Shown: positions 1-13,257 of the stretch, piece after piece
How the letters are laid out: each line of letters opens with the position of its first letter
Position numbering within the stretch: position 1 is the first letter of the stretch
Position numbers and translations under genes: made by a program
Assembly (NCBI GenBank): GCA_951406725.2
Contig: OX597819.1
Location: 117,056,001-117,120,000 of the forward strand
DNA: 64,000 nucleotides
Origin: Octopus vulgaris
Lineage: Eukaryota
Direction of reading: 5' to 3'
Notes under the pieces: generated by a model
Seen by the model: the letters and a program-made list of their open reading frames with translations, nothing else
Told to the model about the DNA's origin: nothing
Database searches by the model: none

Positions 1-625
1 TGGCTCAGGTTAAGTGCGATAATCATAATTTTCCTCTTGAGTATCCTTCGAGGAGATATGAGTTATCAGTGTAGCGATTAGAATTAAGGGTGCGGACATG
101 ATCTGCTTTACAAATAGCACACTTCAATCCTGATTTTATTTCATCCATCGTGCGCAATAACCAGCGTACACTCAACAAATATTACGACAATTTTCTTTAT
201 AATCTGCTATTTTCGTATACCCCTAGGTACTAGTTGTACATGAAGAGGGACTACTTAGTGTCCAAAAATTTAAGCTCTTAAGAGAGTTGGATGAACTTGC
301 TTAAATCTGTAGAATTCATACTTAGTTGAGTTTATATTGTATTCATATTGCATATTGCATATTGTTTAGTTTATATTGTATTTATCGGATATCAGGTAGG
401 GAACATTAGGTACGAAAGATGTTGTAATTGTTTTTGTTCCTTCTTTCCGACGACATAGTCAACCTAACCAAACGTTCTTGTAAATATTATGATGCATTCT
501 ATTGGATTTATTCAAGAATATATCATTCAAAGTGTGAATCATTTTAAAGCTTAATCGAATGTGCTGTGAAAAGAAACTTTCACATATTCTTACCAGGTTG
601 CAAAACCATATAATATGCTACCGAG

Positions 626-1011
626 TGGAGGCGCAATGGCCCAGTGGTTAGGGCAGCGGACTCGCGGTCATAGGATCACGGTTTCGATTCCCAGACCGGG
701 CGTTGTGAGTGTTTATTGAGCGAAAACACCTAAAAGCTCCACGAGGCTCCGGCAGGGGATGGTGGTGATCCCTGCTGTACTCTTTCACCACAACTTTCTC
801 TCACTCTTACTTCCTGTTTCTGTTGTACCTGTATTTCAAAGGGCCGGCCTTGTCACTCTCTGTTTCACGCTGAATATCCCCGAGAACTACGTTAAGGGTG
901 CACGTGTCTGTGGAGTGCTCAATCAGTTACACGTTAATTTCACGAGCAGGCTGTTCCGTTGATTCGGATCAACCGGAACCCTCATCGTCGTAAACGACGG
1001 AGTGCTTCCAC
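626..1011 (+). mobile_element. tRNA-derived SINE (Octopus OR-type, tRNA-Arg-like head), full length
   Basis: Head with A box TGGCCCAGTGG, CTCGCGG loop and B box GGTTTCGATTCC. 14-bp TSD aatatgcta(c/t)cgag at 612-625 and 1012-1025. Near-identical copy at 11847-12230. Confidence 0.9.
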
Positions 1012-2264
1012 AATATGCTATCGAGATTTTGCTCTATTTATAATTTAATCTGAATGGTTGTAGTGACAACTGTATTGGAGATTTGTTCAATAACATATTT
1101 AGATGAAATAGCATGCACGCTGAGAAGAGATTTGAACGATTCGTACCAGGCATTACTCCCGTAAATATACTTTCAGTTTTCTCTTAGACCTAAAATCTGC
1201 GCAGTTGTCTCTTATTTTCCTGTGTTCGTTGTCCGTTCAATAAAACTGTATATGCAATCTCACATATGGTTTAACAAATAAGGCAAATTTTCAAAACGTG
1301 CATATTCTGTTTCACACAGAATCTTACTATGTCCATAATGACGTAGCCAGCGAAATTGTGAAAACCACAACTGTACTCTCAATTTAAAAATAGAAATATC
1401 TCATGTATATTCTTCAATGTTCGATCCTATATTTTACAGACAACACTTAAAGCATACTTAAAACGTCAATTATTAGACCAAAAATAAGCTTTCACATAGC
1501 CCCTTTACGAATCCATCGTATTTACTGCAATATACTAAGGGCGTATTGTAAATCCTGTGTTGCTTTGAAAGAAACAAATATAGGAGAAACGTAATAAGTA
1601 ATTGACTGCCAAATTATTAGGACGTCGATGCGATTTAAAGTTGTAACCCGCTGTCTTGAAAAAGACTGGCGGTTTTCATCTGACAATGACTTTTATTTAG
1701 GTACTAACTTATTTTAAGCTGTCATCACACTGAATCACGATGCAGTCTATGTTATCTCAAGCATAAGACACATTTTAGGTCATTCTCTATAGCAACGTAC
1801 TAGTTTCGTTATTATAGTACAAATATGGAATATATGAGATGTATTATTTATGGTTTGAAAATTTATAGTGCATAATACATACTTTTGCAAATGTCGGTCA
1901 CTATTATAAAGGAAAGAGAAACCAAGCTACTAATTGCCACAGAGCTAGAATCATTCTCCCATGGGTTACTTAGTAACATCTTTTCTCTCAGAAGAAATGT
2001 ATACTTGGAAGTTAGGAATATAAAAGTACTGATCAATCAAATAAAGGAAGTAGATTCAGAAGCAGACGCGTAAATAAGTAATTTATAATGAAAGAGAGAT
2101 AGAGAAATAGAGAACAGTGTGTAACTACAAACAAGTGTAGTCCTACATAGGTGAATATATTCACAAACGCCTAGGAAAATATAGAGATCTACAGTTTTAG
2201 ACACAGGTTAATACACACATGCACGCGGATATATATATATATATATATATATGTAGATATATAG

Positions 2265-2304
<40 letters not shown>

Positions 2305-2773
2305 AGGCGCGGTTGTGTGGCAAGTAGTTTGCTTATGAACCACATGGTTCCGGGTTCAGTCTCACTGAGTGGCACCTTCGGCAAGTGTCTTCTACGATAG
2401 CATCGGGCTAACCGAAGGCTTGTAAGTGGATTTGGTAGACGGAATCTGAAAGAAGTCCGTCGTTTATATGTAATTTGTGCTTAGTCGAAAGACACCCGTT
2501 GTTATGTCGTGTTATTTGTATTTGTGTAACATTTCTGTTTTTGTTTTTTTTTTCGTTCTTATTTTCGTATACACTCGTTCATTCTTCCATCAAATGTAAT
2601 ACCGTTAGTTAGTCTTTCCTTGGGACTGGCCAGATTGGAGCAATATCGAGTATAACCATCCGAAATTGGAAAGATAATCTGAAACTCGACTGAGGATACA
2701 AAACTCCAAATGATTCGTCCTTGTTTTCCTTGTATCATCTGTCTGGACGTTTTGCGTTCTTGTCCTATTTCTG

Positions 2774-2810
<37 letters not shown>

Positions 2811-2895
2811 TATGTGTGTGTGTGTATATTTGTATGTATGTATGTGTGTATATGTTTGTGTGCCTGTGTTTGTCCCCGTACAACACATGTTTCGA
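2305..2895 (+). mobile_element. OK-type SINE, 5' part, interrupted by an insert at ~2471-2780
   Basis: Matches 7406-7820 up to gaagtccgtcgt (~2463). Weak similarity resumes at gtgtttgtcccc (~2865). Confidence 0.75.
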
Positions 2896-4387
2896 CCAGT
2901 TTATATATATATATATATACACACACATGCAGTGCAATAAAGGAGAGATACATAACGCTACCGAAAGCTATTGCTTGATACGTCATATATACAGCCACAA
3001 GACATTGATCTCTCTCTATATATTGCAGGGACGTTGCATGTTCAAACCCAAGTCTTGGGGTATTTATGCTGTTAGTTCCGACTAGGTTTGAGTTACATTA
3101 TCAGTTTGGTCAACTAGGAATTTAATTCCATCGGAGTCTACAACACACACACCGACATTCACACATGACATTCCAAATAAATTGTCTTGCTTATTATAGC
3201 CAATGTGAATTGCCTTTACGTCATGTATATTTTATAGGTCTTACTTTTTTACGGAAAACAAAGAAACTAAAATACCCTTAATATTGTGAGGATCGCATGC
3301 GAAACTGAATCATTCGCTATGTTTGCGGCATTTATAAGTTAACTTTCCAACAACATGGTGATGACGAGAAAACGCTTTCTAATGTATATATTTTTTTGAT
3401 AACGTGAATGTAATTAAATCTGTTTTGCGTAAGATTTAAATGACGCCAGTCTTGAAACAGAGTCTGGTGTCATTAACTTCACGTACTGCTGCTTTAAGAC
3501 GTTCTTCATTGTTTCGGCTTCCTCCTTGGCCGTTTTATACAATTTATTTTATTGACAATTTATTAAGTTTTACTCTTTTACACTATGCTAACACATTTAG
3601 AAATAAAAATCTAAGTCTTTACCTTTTATATATATATTTTTCTCGCTTAATTATTAATTTTTGAAAATAAAAGAAATCGCAGGATATCAAAGGAGTAAAC
3701 TCCTTGTATAACCAATTCGCCTTAGTATTATTAATTAAACTAATTAAACGTGGAAAATTACAGAAAAAGAAGGAATGTAAACAATAAAAATTTGGAATTG
3801 AAATAGAAACAATTATTTTAGATTTATCCAAAGGTAAAATTATTCTAAATTTTACCATAAAAATAATGTATTTCTTAAATAATATAAAATAGAGTTTGCA
3901 GACGATGGTGAAATTTTGAAGCACGTGTATATGATTGAGATGTAGTTTGTTTTACGTAAGATTAAATTAGTTAACTACGTTCCTCTCAAGCTTTTGTAAC
4001 TATAGCTTTTATAACATTTAGCCGCAAACATGAAATCTCTGTAGGAGCGATTGACTAACATCCACGTTACTATAACTGTTAAAAATCATTTTTAACAAAG
4101 ATCGAAATGAATTGTCGACATGTACAGAAAATGCAATCAGAGGTAAATGCAACAGAGATAAAGTTATTTGATTCCATACCCATGATGATCTTCAAATCCA
4201 CCATATTTAGAGCTTCACATTTGGAAAATCCTTACCACTAAAAGTATATCTTCGAGAAAAATTGACTAAAAGGCCTTCTTTCACTAAAATCAGCTCATTT
4301 ACTTTACCTTCATTAAACAATGTGTAAATTATAAGGTAAGACACCATGTACACATGCATCTGTGTAGACCCTATTTAGGAAAAATAT

Positions 4388-4770
4388 CCTTTTTCTACTC
4401 TAAGAACAAGGCCCGACAGTTTGGGGCAGGGGGTCAGATCTACCCCAGTACCCAACTGGTACATAATTTATCGACCCCGAAAGAATGAAAGATAAAGTCG
4501 AATTCGACGGAATTTGAACTCTGCACGTAAAGACAGGCGAAATACCTATTTATTTACTACCCACAAGAGGCTAAACAGAGAGAGAATAAAGACAAACGGT
4601 TTAAGTCGATTACATCGACCCCAGTACGTATCTGGTACTTAATTTATTGACTCCGGAAGGATGAAAGGCAAAGTCGACCTCGGCGGAATTTGAACTCAGA
4701 ACCTAACGACAGGCGAAATACCGCTAAGCATTTCGCCTGACGTGCTAAAGTTTCTGCCAGCTCTACGCCC
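4388..4770 (-). mobile_element. Dimeric/nested SINE with MetaSINE-like central domain
   Basis: Two copies of the domain (minus strand ~gtcgactttgcctttcatcctt..ggggtcgataaattaagtaccag), two different 3' tails, one tRNA-like head at 4723-4770. Confidence 0.85.
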
Positions 4771-4804
4771 ACTTAAAACGTAATCTTTATAGACAAATTA
4801 ACAT

Positions 4805-4873
<69 letters not shown>

Positions 4874-4913
4874 AAAAAAGGTTTGAAAATGCAATTTAAA
4901 CGATGTTTATTTA

Positions 4914-4952
4914 CTTAACCGGTTTCACTCTTTGGTAAAAGATTGTCAAAAG
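4914..4952 (-). ncRNA. Degenerate minimal type I hammerhead-like motif
   Basis: Minus strand: ctt-TTGACAA-tcttt(tacc)aaaga-gt-GAAA-ccgg-TT-aag. Palindromic stem III ACCGGT. Core has two substitutions from CUGANGA. Confidence 0.4.
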
Positions 4953-4966
4953 ATACATTTAAGGAA

Positions 4967-5106
4967 ACATTGAATAATATGGGTTCAAAAAAGTTTTTTA
5001 CATAATTGTCACATTGAATATTATGCATTCAAAAAAGTTTTTTACATAATTGTCACATTGGATATTATGAATTCAAAAATGTTTTTTTATACATAATTGT
5101 CACATT
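4967..5106. repeat. Tandem repeat, ~44-bp unit x3
   Basis: Unit ~acattgaatattatgNNttcaaaaaagttttttacataattgtc starting at 4967, 5011 and 5055. Confidence 0.9.
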
Positions 5107-5738
5107 ACATGTATAAATATAGTGTTTGGTAACAGAGAAGTTCAATAGTGTGATGAGAATATTTGGGAAAATTTGGCAGAAAAGGATAAAACAAATATAT
5201 TATTGGGAATTGGTTGCGTTAATTATTGGTTGTCGCAAATTGTCACATTACATGTATATATATACAATCTTTGGTATATATATACAGCGTTTTGACAGCA
5301 AAAATTAAAATGGATTTTTTGTACATCTCAGAATATTTTAAGTATGTTTTTACTGACCTGTCAGTATTAGCAGAAAGGCTGAACTGAGAGAACAGAAGAA
5401 GTAGCCAATGTGGTGTATACTTCCCCTTTATGCATGAATGATTTTGGGGTTATCAGGAGGTTAGTATGCGGGTGTGAATAGATGTGTCCGTGCCTGCTGG
5501 TCAGATAGCGTCTGTTTGTCACACACATATATATACACACAAACACACACACACACAACAACACACACACACACACACATAGTATACAAACACACACCAC
5601 ATACAAACAACACACACACACACAGAACACACACACCCACACACAACGCACCCACATATATCACATATACACACAGCACACAAATATAACATGTATCTAT
5701 ATATAACATACACAGATATATAACACACATACACACAC

Positions 5739-5771
<33 letters not shown>

Positions 5772-5829
5772 CACACGCACACATACATACATAATATAAA
5801 TATCACACAAATACACCTAGCATATATAT

Positions 5830-5878
<49 letters not shown>

Positions 5879-6214
5879 AAGCCCGAATGTTTGGGAAAAT
5901 TGATGGAAAATATTAACCTTCAAATGTGAACACATTAAAAAGTTGCTACTCCAGCTCAGGCTAGTGTACTCTGTCGTCTGCAACTTACCTATTTAAACAA
6001 AACCATCTAAAACCAATAGATTCCAAATTCACTTATGATAAATCTAAACATTTCCTTGATTTCATATAATCAAGAAATTATCACCTTTGTGATTCCATTT
6101 TCCTGCTAGTATAATTTATACCTATACACGTATGTATGCATATTACATCATAATGTGGCATGTAAATTAAGTATCGTTTCTGTAATGATGGGAATTTTTC
6201 ATTTACCTCTCCCA

Positions 6215-6216
<2 letters not shown>

Positions 6217-6287
<71 letters not shown>

Positions 6288-6301
6288 TTCTCTCTCTCTC
6301 T
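6217..6301. repeat. (CT)n microsatellite
   Basis: Seen directly. Confidence 0.95.
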
Positions 6302-6318
6302 GCAACTGTGAAGATATA

Positions 6319-7048
6319 CGAGTCGGTACCCAAAAGTAACCGGAAACGTTCTGTGTGGATTAAGCCCGTTGAAATTCAGTCTTCCGATGCTAGAAGCCCG
6401 TTGTAGTGATGGCCACCCATCAGTCTGCCGGCAGGCATTGTCCCCTGGGCTCATACTGGTGCCTTTTTGTTTTGCAATGCGTCTCTCTTGTTCGTCAATT
6501 TTCGCGATGGCTGAAACGAAGACACAACGTGCTTCCGGGAAATTCTGTTTGCCCTGGGAGAAAGCGGCCGAAACAGTTGTCATACTTCAAAAAGCTTACA
6601 AGGATGCTGCCATTGGCAAAACAGAAGTTTATGAGAGATTTTCACGCTGGAGGAATGATCACCCCTTGCTTGAAACCAACTTCATTCGGGGCGAGCGTCA
6701 ACAACTCGAATGATGGAAAAACTTGAGGAAATTCATGAACTGATCTTGGAGGACCGTCACCGAACGATTGACGAACTCGTTGATATGATGGTGTGTCCTG
6801 GAACTCCAGCCAACGAATTTTGAGCCAGGAATTGTGAATGAAAAGAAGTGCAGCAAAATTTGTGCCTCATGGAAGATAAGAATTAGTCACGACTAAATGC
6901 GTGTCGTGGACTGAAAGTACATTTGGAAGTTGATCCAGATCTTTATTCATAATGGAGACAACTTTGAAGGCGATAAAAGTGTAAAAATCTAAAGCTAACA
7001 GCTTAAAATGATATTGCTAAATTCACTTTTCCTTTGGGTACTCCCTCG
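6319..7048 (+). mobile_element. Internally deleted mariner element with transposase N-terminal pseudogene
   Basis: Left end TA|cgagtcggtacccaaaagta; right end reverse complement cgagggagtacccaaagg. Translation QRASGKFC..KAAETVVILQKAYKDAAIGKTEVYERFSR and IHELILEDRHRTIDELV..QRILSQEL*MKRSAAKFVP matches mariner HTH domains and the WVP linker. No DDD catalytic domain. Confidence 0.85.
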
Positions 7049-7328
7049 TCTCGTCTGTTCTTCAGAAAATTTAATTTACCTTAGAAACCCCGTATGTTAT
7101 GTCACTACTCCAACGACTTAGACATCTAGAGTAGTCGAGCGTTGAATATTATATTCGAACGTTTGTTTTATTCCACGTATTTGTTGACTACACCTTAGTT
7201 TATAATCTACATACTAAAATATATATATATATATATGCATATGACAAATTATATACAAGTCTATAGGTATAAACATGTATACATGTATAAATATAATATA
7301 AATATATATATATATATGTGTATATATC

Positions 7329-7405
<77 letters not shown>

Positions 7406-7408
<3 letters not shown>

Positions 7409-7820
7409 CGTAGGAGTGCCTGTGTGGTATGTAGCTTGCATACGAACCACATGGTTCCGGGTTCAGTCCCACTGCGTGGCACCTTCAGCAAGTTTCTTCT
7501 ACTATAGCTTCGGGCCGACCAAAGCCTTGTGAGTGGATTTGGTAGACGGATACTGAAAGAAGCCCGTCGTATATATGTATATGTAAATATATATATGTGT
7601 GTGTGTGTGTGTTTGTGTATCTGTGTTTGTCTCCCCAACATCGCTTGACAACCGATGCTGGTGTCTTTACGTCCCCGTAACTTAGCGGTTTAACAAAAGA
7701 TACCGATAGAATAAGTACTAGGCTTACAAAGAATAAGTATTGGGGTCGATTTGCTCCACAAAAGGCGGTCCTCAAGTATGGCCACATTCAAATGACTGAA
7801 ACAAGTAAAAGAGTAAAAGA
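7406..7820 (+). mobile_element. OK-type tRNA-derived SINE, full length
   Basis: Head with ggttccgggttcagtccc B box, CORE-like accttcagcaagt segment, internal (TA)/(TG) microsatellite, 3' end caaatgactgaaacaagtaaaagag. At least 7 copies in the window. Confidence 0.9.
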
Positions 7821-8324
7821 AAAAAAAAGATTTGTATATATATATATACGTATGTATATTTTTTGTATGTATTTATGTATGTATGTGTGCATGTATGTAT
7901 AGGGTGTTTGAAGTGGTGTGCAGATATTTTATATTGACAAGAACAAGGCAGTCACAATTGTGGGTAATTTTTATTGGTGCTTCCATTCGTTTAAACGAAA
8001 TCTTCAAGAGAAAAATTAAAACCAAAATGATCATATTGTTTTTAAATTTGGTCTTGAAGTGTTCGGTTAAACAAATGAATGTTCTAATAAAGACTTACCG
8101 AAAATTCTGACTGCCTCCTTTTTCTCAACATATGTATATATGTATATATGCATGTGTGTTTATAATATAAATATATGTATGTGCGTTTGCATGCGTGTGT
8201 ATATTGGTGTGTATAATTGCGTGTGGACGATCTCGTGTGTATTAGTATCGCTATTAGTTTTAATCACATACGGAGAGAAAAGTAATTGAAAAATATATTA
8301 ACAATGAAAGTAGACAAACGAGAA

Positions 8325-9090
8325 AAAATGAATAACAAACATAATAACGCAATATAATTGAAATGCCAATTAGTTTTGTAGTCACATTTTGAGCCGATGA
8401 CTATTATGGGATTTTCTAAATGTTCACCTGCTTTCTGACTAATTTTATCTCAATTAATTGCAAGTTTACTTTTCATTTGTTTATTTTTATTAGATAAAAT
8501 GAATATAAGTGTCCGTCATTAAAGTCAAAATGGTTGAATAAAATAGATATCACGCCAAAAGATATACAAATCTCAAACAACAAATAAATCACATTAAACA
8601 AAAGGAAACAAATAAGAAAAACAAAATTATTACAGTATTTAGCGCTCAAGTCTGATACGAAACGACTAGTCTAATGATACAAATACAAAACTACAAATAC
8701 CATTAATGTGATCTGAAAGAAAACAACGTATCTAAGAAACTATCATCAATAAAACCGAAATGAATTGCAACAACCGAAAGAGCAGCGTCATAGAAGAATG
8801 CAACTACAAAAACAACTAATGGAACACGCGTACGAACTGTAAGTACAACGTCGCATTTGAAAGATATAACCTATTGAAGCTGTCACAACATGGCTTTCGG
8901 ATATATGAATTATGTATGAGCATTTTTTATTAGCTGTTAAACAATTGACGTTCTTGTTTTGTTTTTTTTTTAGCTCAAATCGTAAGTTTTTTTTTTGACT
9001 TCCTCCAATCATGAGTGATGATAATATAGAAATATATATTTAATTCAAATATAAAAAAAATCGCTTTGATACTATTTCTATTTGTTTACT

Positions 9091-9136
<46 letters not shown>

Positions 9137-9422
9137 TCTTTACTTTACTTGTATATATATCCTTCAGGTTGGGCCAAAATCATGCACGCAGAAAATAAAA
9201 TCTATATGTTCCGTAATTGTCAAAGGCATGCTTGAATGTTTCTAAAATTGAATAGAATAAATAAAATAATGATGAATACACACGTACTTCGTACACGAAC
9301 AAAATGAATAACAAACATAATAACGCAATATAATTGAAATGCCAATTGTTTTGTAGCGCGATTTTGAGCCACTCGCTATTATGGGATTTTCTAAATGTTC
9401 ACCTGCTTTCTGACTAATTTTA
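8325..9422. repeat. Dispersed direct repeat of ~122 bp (8325-8447 and 9301-9422)
   Basis: aaaatgaataacaaacataataacgcaat...ctttctgactaatttta present twice with few differences. Confidence 0.9.
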
Positions 9423-11846
9423 AATAATCAGTACTATTAAGCTCATCCTCATGCTTAAGAATATATTTTCTATAATAATCTTAATCATACAAAATTTCCA
9501 GTATAATCATATGATACGATTTATGAAGATATTACTTTGAGACAATATTTCGTCTTACTGGAAATTGCATATTAACAGTTCCATGTACTTAAAAATGTAA
9601 AAAATGATGTGAAGCATACCTCAATGAGCAGACTGAGAAATAAGCTTTCCCATTCAATAACAACATAGGCAAGTGAGAAAGAGATCTATTACATGACTGC
9701 AATCGTAATACAAACAGCAGCGAAATAGAAACCACCATATTCCTTTTTAAAGGAGGTGATTAGTTGAAAAATACGGGGTATGGTGTTGCTGAAACGTCTT
9801 GAACCATACGTTAAATGCTTCATTTATGTGGGATTTCTCTGTTGTAGTTATCTGGCCAAGCAACCACTTGAAAGAACCTTAACGTTTGACTAATAAATGC
9901 TCTGATGCACGCTGCTGAAAGATACTATTTGTGTTAAATTAGCTATTATTCACGAAGACGCAAATAGTTGAGTTAAACAATATACAAATGAAATCTATAA
10001 TTCATATCACACAGCGAAACTAATAGAAACATAACTAAAAGCATTAATTGACAATGAAAGCTATTATATAAGCAATAGCAAAACAGAAATTGCCCTTGTT
10101 ATATTGTTTGACACGCTGAACTCAGTAGACAATTCTCCCTCTACTCTTTAAACAGTCAAAGATCACTGTACATAATGCTGTTCAATATATCCTAAAATAA
10201 CAAATGTTTGCATGTGTAAAGGGTTAATGATATAAGCTTAAATAATAAAAGCAATGAGAATAAAGAATAGTTATAAGCACATTATACTCAAAGCCAATAT
10301 TTGTAAGGTTTTATATTTATATTCTTGCATTAAGTTTACCTCATCTTGATATGTGTAGCGATAACTAGATATTATACCATATATCGACGACCTTTTTAAA
10401 TATTCGCTCTGAAATAAAATAAATAGTATTCTTAAAGAAAAAAAAAACTGCGAGGAAATCTAACAATCTAATGTATTTCTATAATTTCCAAATATCAGAG
10501 TTGGCGATTAGCTACTTTATATACGGGATTAATGTGAACCAATCTATATACAACCCGCTAATTCCTTAATATTAGCATTTATTAACAGTTGAATACAGTC
10601 ATGTTTCCAAGATCTATTTAATAATGTCATCTATGGAATTCAATGTCATAGAGCAGAAACAAACGTATGTTATTCGAGCCAGTGAACCCTTAGATGATTA
10701 GCTAATAAGCTATTGAATCAATAAAAAATAAAAACGCTCAATGAAATAATTAAAAAACACAGAATGTCTTCTCATATTTTCTTTTTATAGTTTATCACAC
10801 CTGACAACCGCTGACAATTGTAAATTTGTCCAAATTCATGAACGCATAAACCGTCTTGCGATCGTAAAACATATTAGAATGGACTTGCATAATCTGTAAT
10901 TAATACCACAATGCGTGAGTTATTCTATGTCTTTAAAACTTTATTGTTTTACACACTTCGAAACGTTGATAATGGGCATTTATATTCTCTATATTTCTTT
11001 TTACTTCGTTGTGTAGTTTTTTTCTTTTGTCTTTTGCCATTCTTGTGACTGTTCATACTATTTTTCTAAAAACCCACGCAAAGAAAAAAAAAAATTAAAT
11101 TAATGGCGAAGAGTGTATCGATTGTTTGTACCACAGATGCTGTTTGTATTTCAACTCACATACTGAACTGATCTCAAGCAATTTCATTATCTAATATTAC
11201 GACACTTTAGTCTGTGTTCATTTTGATAACGATTACATTTTATTATTATTGCAGAATTAAAAACAAAATATTGGATTCTTTGGTAAATGTTCATATTGCT
11301 TTTTTTTCCTTCTTTCCAGTTTGTGCGCCTGATAGCTTTTACGTTTGCTTTTTGTGATACCATCATATTATTTCCTGAATCACCGTTGAGTTTCTATATT
11401 ATACAATTACTAAATACTATGAACTCCACAAAAATAGCGATATCGCTAAATAGCTTTTATTTATTTTAACGATAATATATTTGTGTAGACAGCTGAAATA
11501 ACCAATGTCACTGACACTCCCGGAAGAGACGGAGCTGTTTATATCGAGATGGCGCCGGTTTAATGTCAAATAGTCGATGAGTTGTAGACAGCCAATGTAG
11601 CAGAGTTGTGTCTCGTGTGAAGACATATAATTTTCAAACCTCCATTGAAACAACAGTTAAATTACTACTATTTGTCATACAGTCCACAGCAAACAAGGGA
11701 GACGAATAATAGCATAACCGACAGATGCGTCGCCAAATTCTAAAATTATTCGAGATACGTCACATTCTTTAGAATTTCACAAGGTTTCTATCGCACTGGC
11801 TTGCTTATAAATATATAATATGTGATGGACTATAATATACTGTAAT

Positions 11847-12230
11847 GTGGAAGCACTGCGTCGGTTACGACGATGGGGGTTCCGGTTGATCCGATAAACG
11901 GAACAGCCTTCTCGTGAAATTAACGTGTAAGTGGCTGAGCACTCCACAGACACGTGTACCCTTAACGTAGTTCTCGGGGATATTCAGCGTGACACAGAGA
12001 GTGACAAGGCCGGCCCTTTGAAATACATGTACAACAGAAACAGGAAGTAAGAGTGAGAGAAAGTTGTGGTGAAAGAGTACAGCAGGGATCACTACAATCC
12101 CTGCCGGAGCCTCGTGGAGTTTTAGGTGTTTTCGCTCAATAAACACTCACAACGCCCGGTCTGGGAATCGAAACCACGAGCCTACGACCGCGAGTCCGCT
12201 GCCCTAACCACTGGGCCATTGCGCCTCCAC
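11847..12230 (-). mobile_element. OR-type SINE, full length (same family as 626-1011)
   Basis: Reverse complement of 626-1011. 13-bp TSD aatata(c/a)tgtaat at 11834-11846 and 12231-12243. Confidence 0.9.
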
Positions 12231-12247
12231 AATATAATGTAATATAA

Positions 12248-12460
12248 TCCTTGCTACTATAGACTCAAGGCCTGACATTTTGGGTAGGGTGATAGTCGAT
12301 GACATTGTGCCCCAGTACTCAACAGGTAATTATCTCATCGATCCCGAATGTATAAAATATAAAGTCGACTTCGGCAGAATTTGAACTCAGAACATTCTCA
12401 CGGGTGAAATACTGCTAAGCATTTCCTTCAGCCTGCCATCGATTCTGCCAGCTCGCCGTC
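12248..12460 (-). mobile_element. MetaSINE-like SINE, diverged
   Basis: aaagtcgacttcggcagaatttgaactcagaac ... ttctgccagctcgcc, as in 4388-4770. Confidence 0.8.
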
Positions 12461-13257
12461 ATAATATAATGATCTAATATAGTGTGTATGTACACACACA
12501 CACATACACACACACATACACACACACACACACACACACCCATACAAATATAAATGAATAGGGATTTAAAATCCAAGCTTACGAGTATTCTGCTGAAATC
12601 ATGAGTAGGATAAATACAGAGAATGTTATGGAATATTTAGAATCGTTCAAGAAAACCACAAAGAAAACCACATTTCGATTGTTAAATACTGAGTTCTCTG
12701 CAATGGATTTCATATAGAATAAAGAAGATATGATCAGGGCATCAGCTGAAGAACTCCCTTACTGCCAACATCAGGTCACCAAAAGCATCAACAATAACCA
12801 AAAAGAGAGGTGTGTTGGTGCGAACGCTTCGAGGCATATAAACGCATTAGTGAAAACTTCCCTAATGTAAAGGGCACGAGCAGGTTTTTTAAAGGGCTAC
12901 CTGGAGGAAACCCAACAAGGCATAGACATTGAACCACCTGACTTACGGTGACACCCAAGGGGTAAGTAGACGCCCTTTTATGTCTTCTCCCAATTCTATC
13001 CGATCATCACGGTGAGTTTAAGAGTAGGCTTGGGATCGCCCTGGATGCACGGCCTCCCGCTCAACGACCTCACGTGACTAGCTATAGATGTGAAAGTTGT
13101 CAGCGGAACCATAATTTCCGGGATACCTGATCTAGCACCCGGGGTTTGGGGTGCTGATACTGTTACTATGTGCTGTCTTTATTTTACTCCTTGTAGCACC
13201 GGTGGTGTGTCGGAGTCAGTTATAGTCGTGGTACTGCTGCTATGAGGTACTGCTGCT

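Noticed and set aside
626-700. tRNA gene-like sequences (also 12160-12230, 13560-13630, 23655-23727)
   Set aside because: SINE heads: followed by SINE bodies, bounded by TSDs in most cases, no proper acceptor stem.
759-962. Similar ORFs at 759, 11865 and 13240 suggesting a gene family
   Set aside because: All lie inside copies of the same SINE.
4967-5106. CRISPR-like array
   Set aside because: Contiguous tandem units with no unique spacers; eukaryotic context; no cas genes.
7899-8130. Tc1-like end tagggtg.. (and caggttgggccaaaa at ~9165)
   Set aside because: No matching opposite TIR identified.
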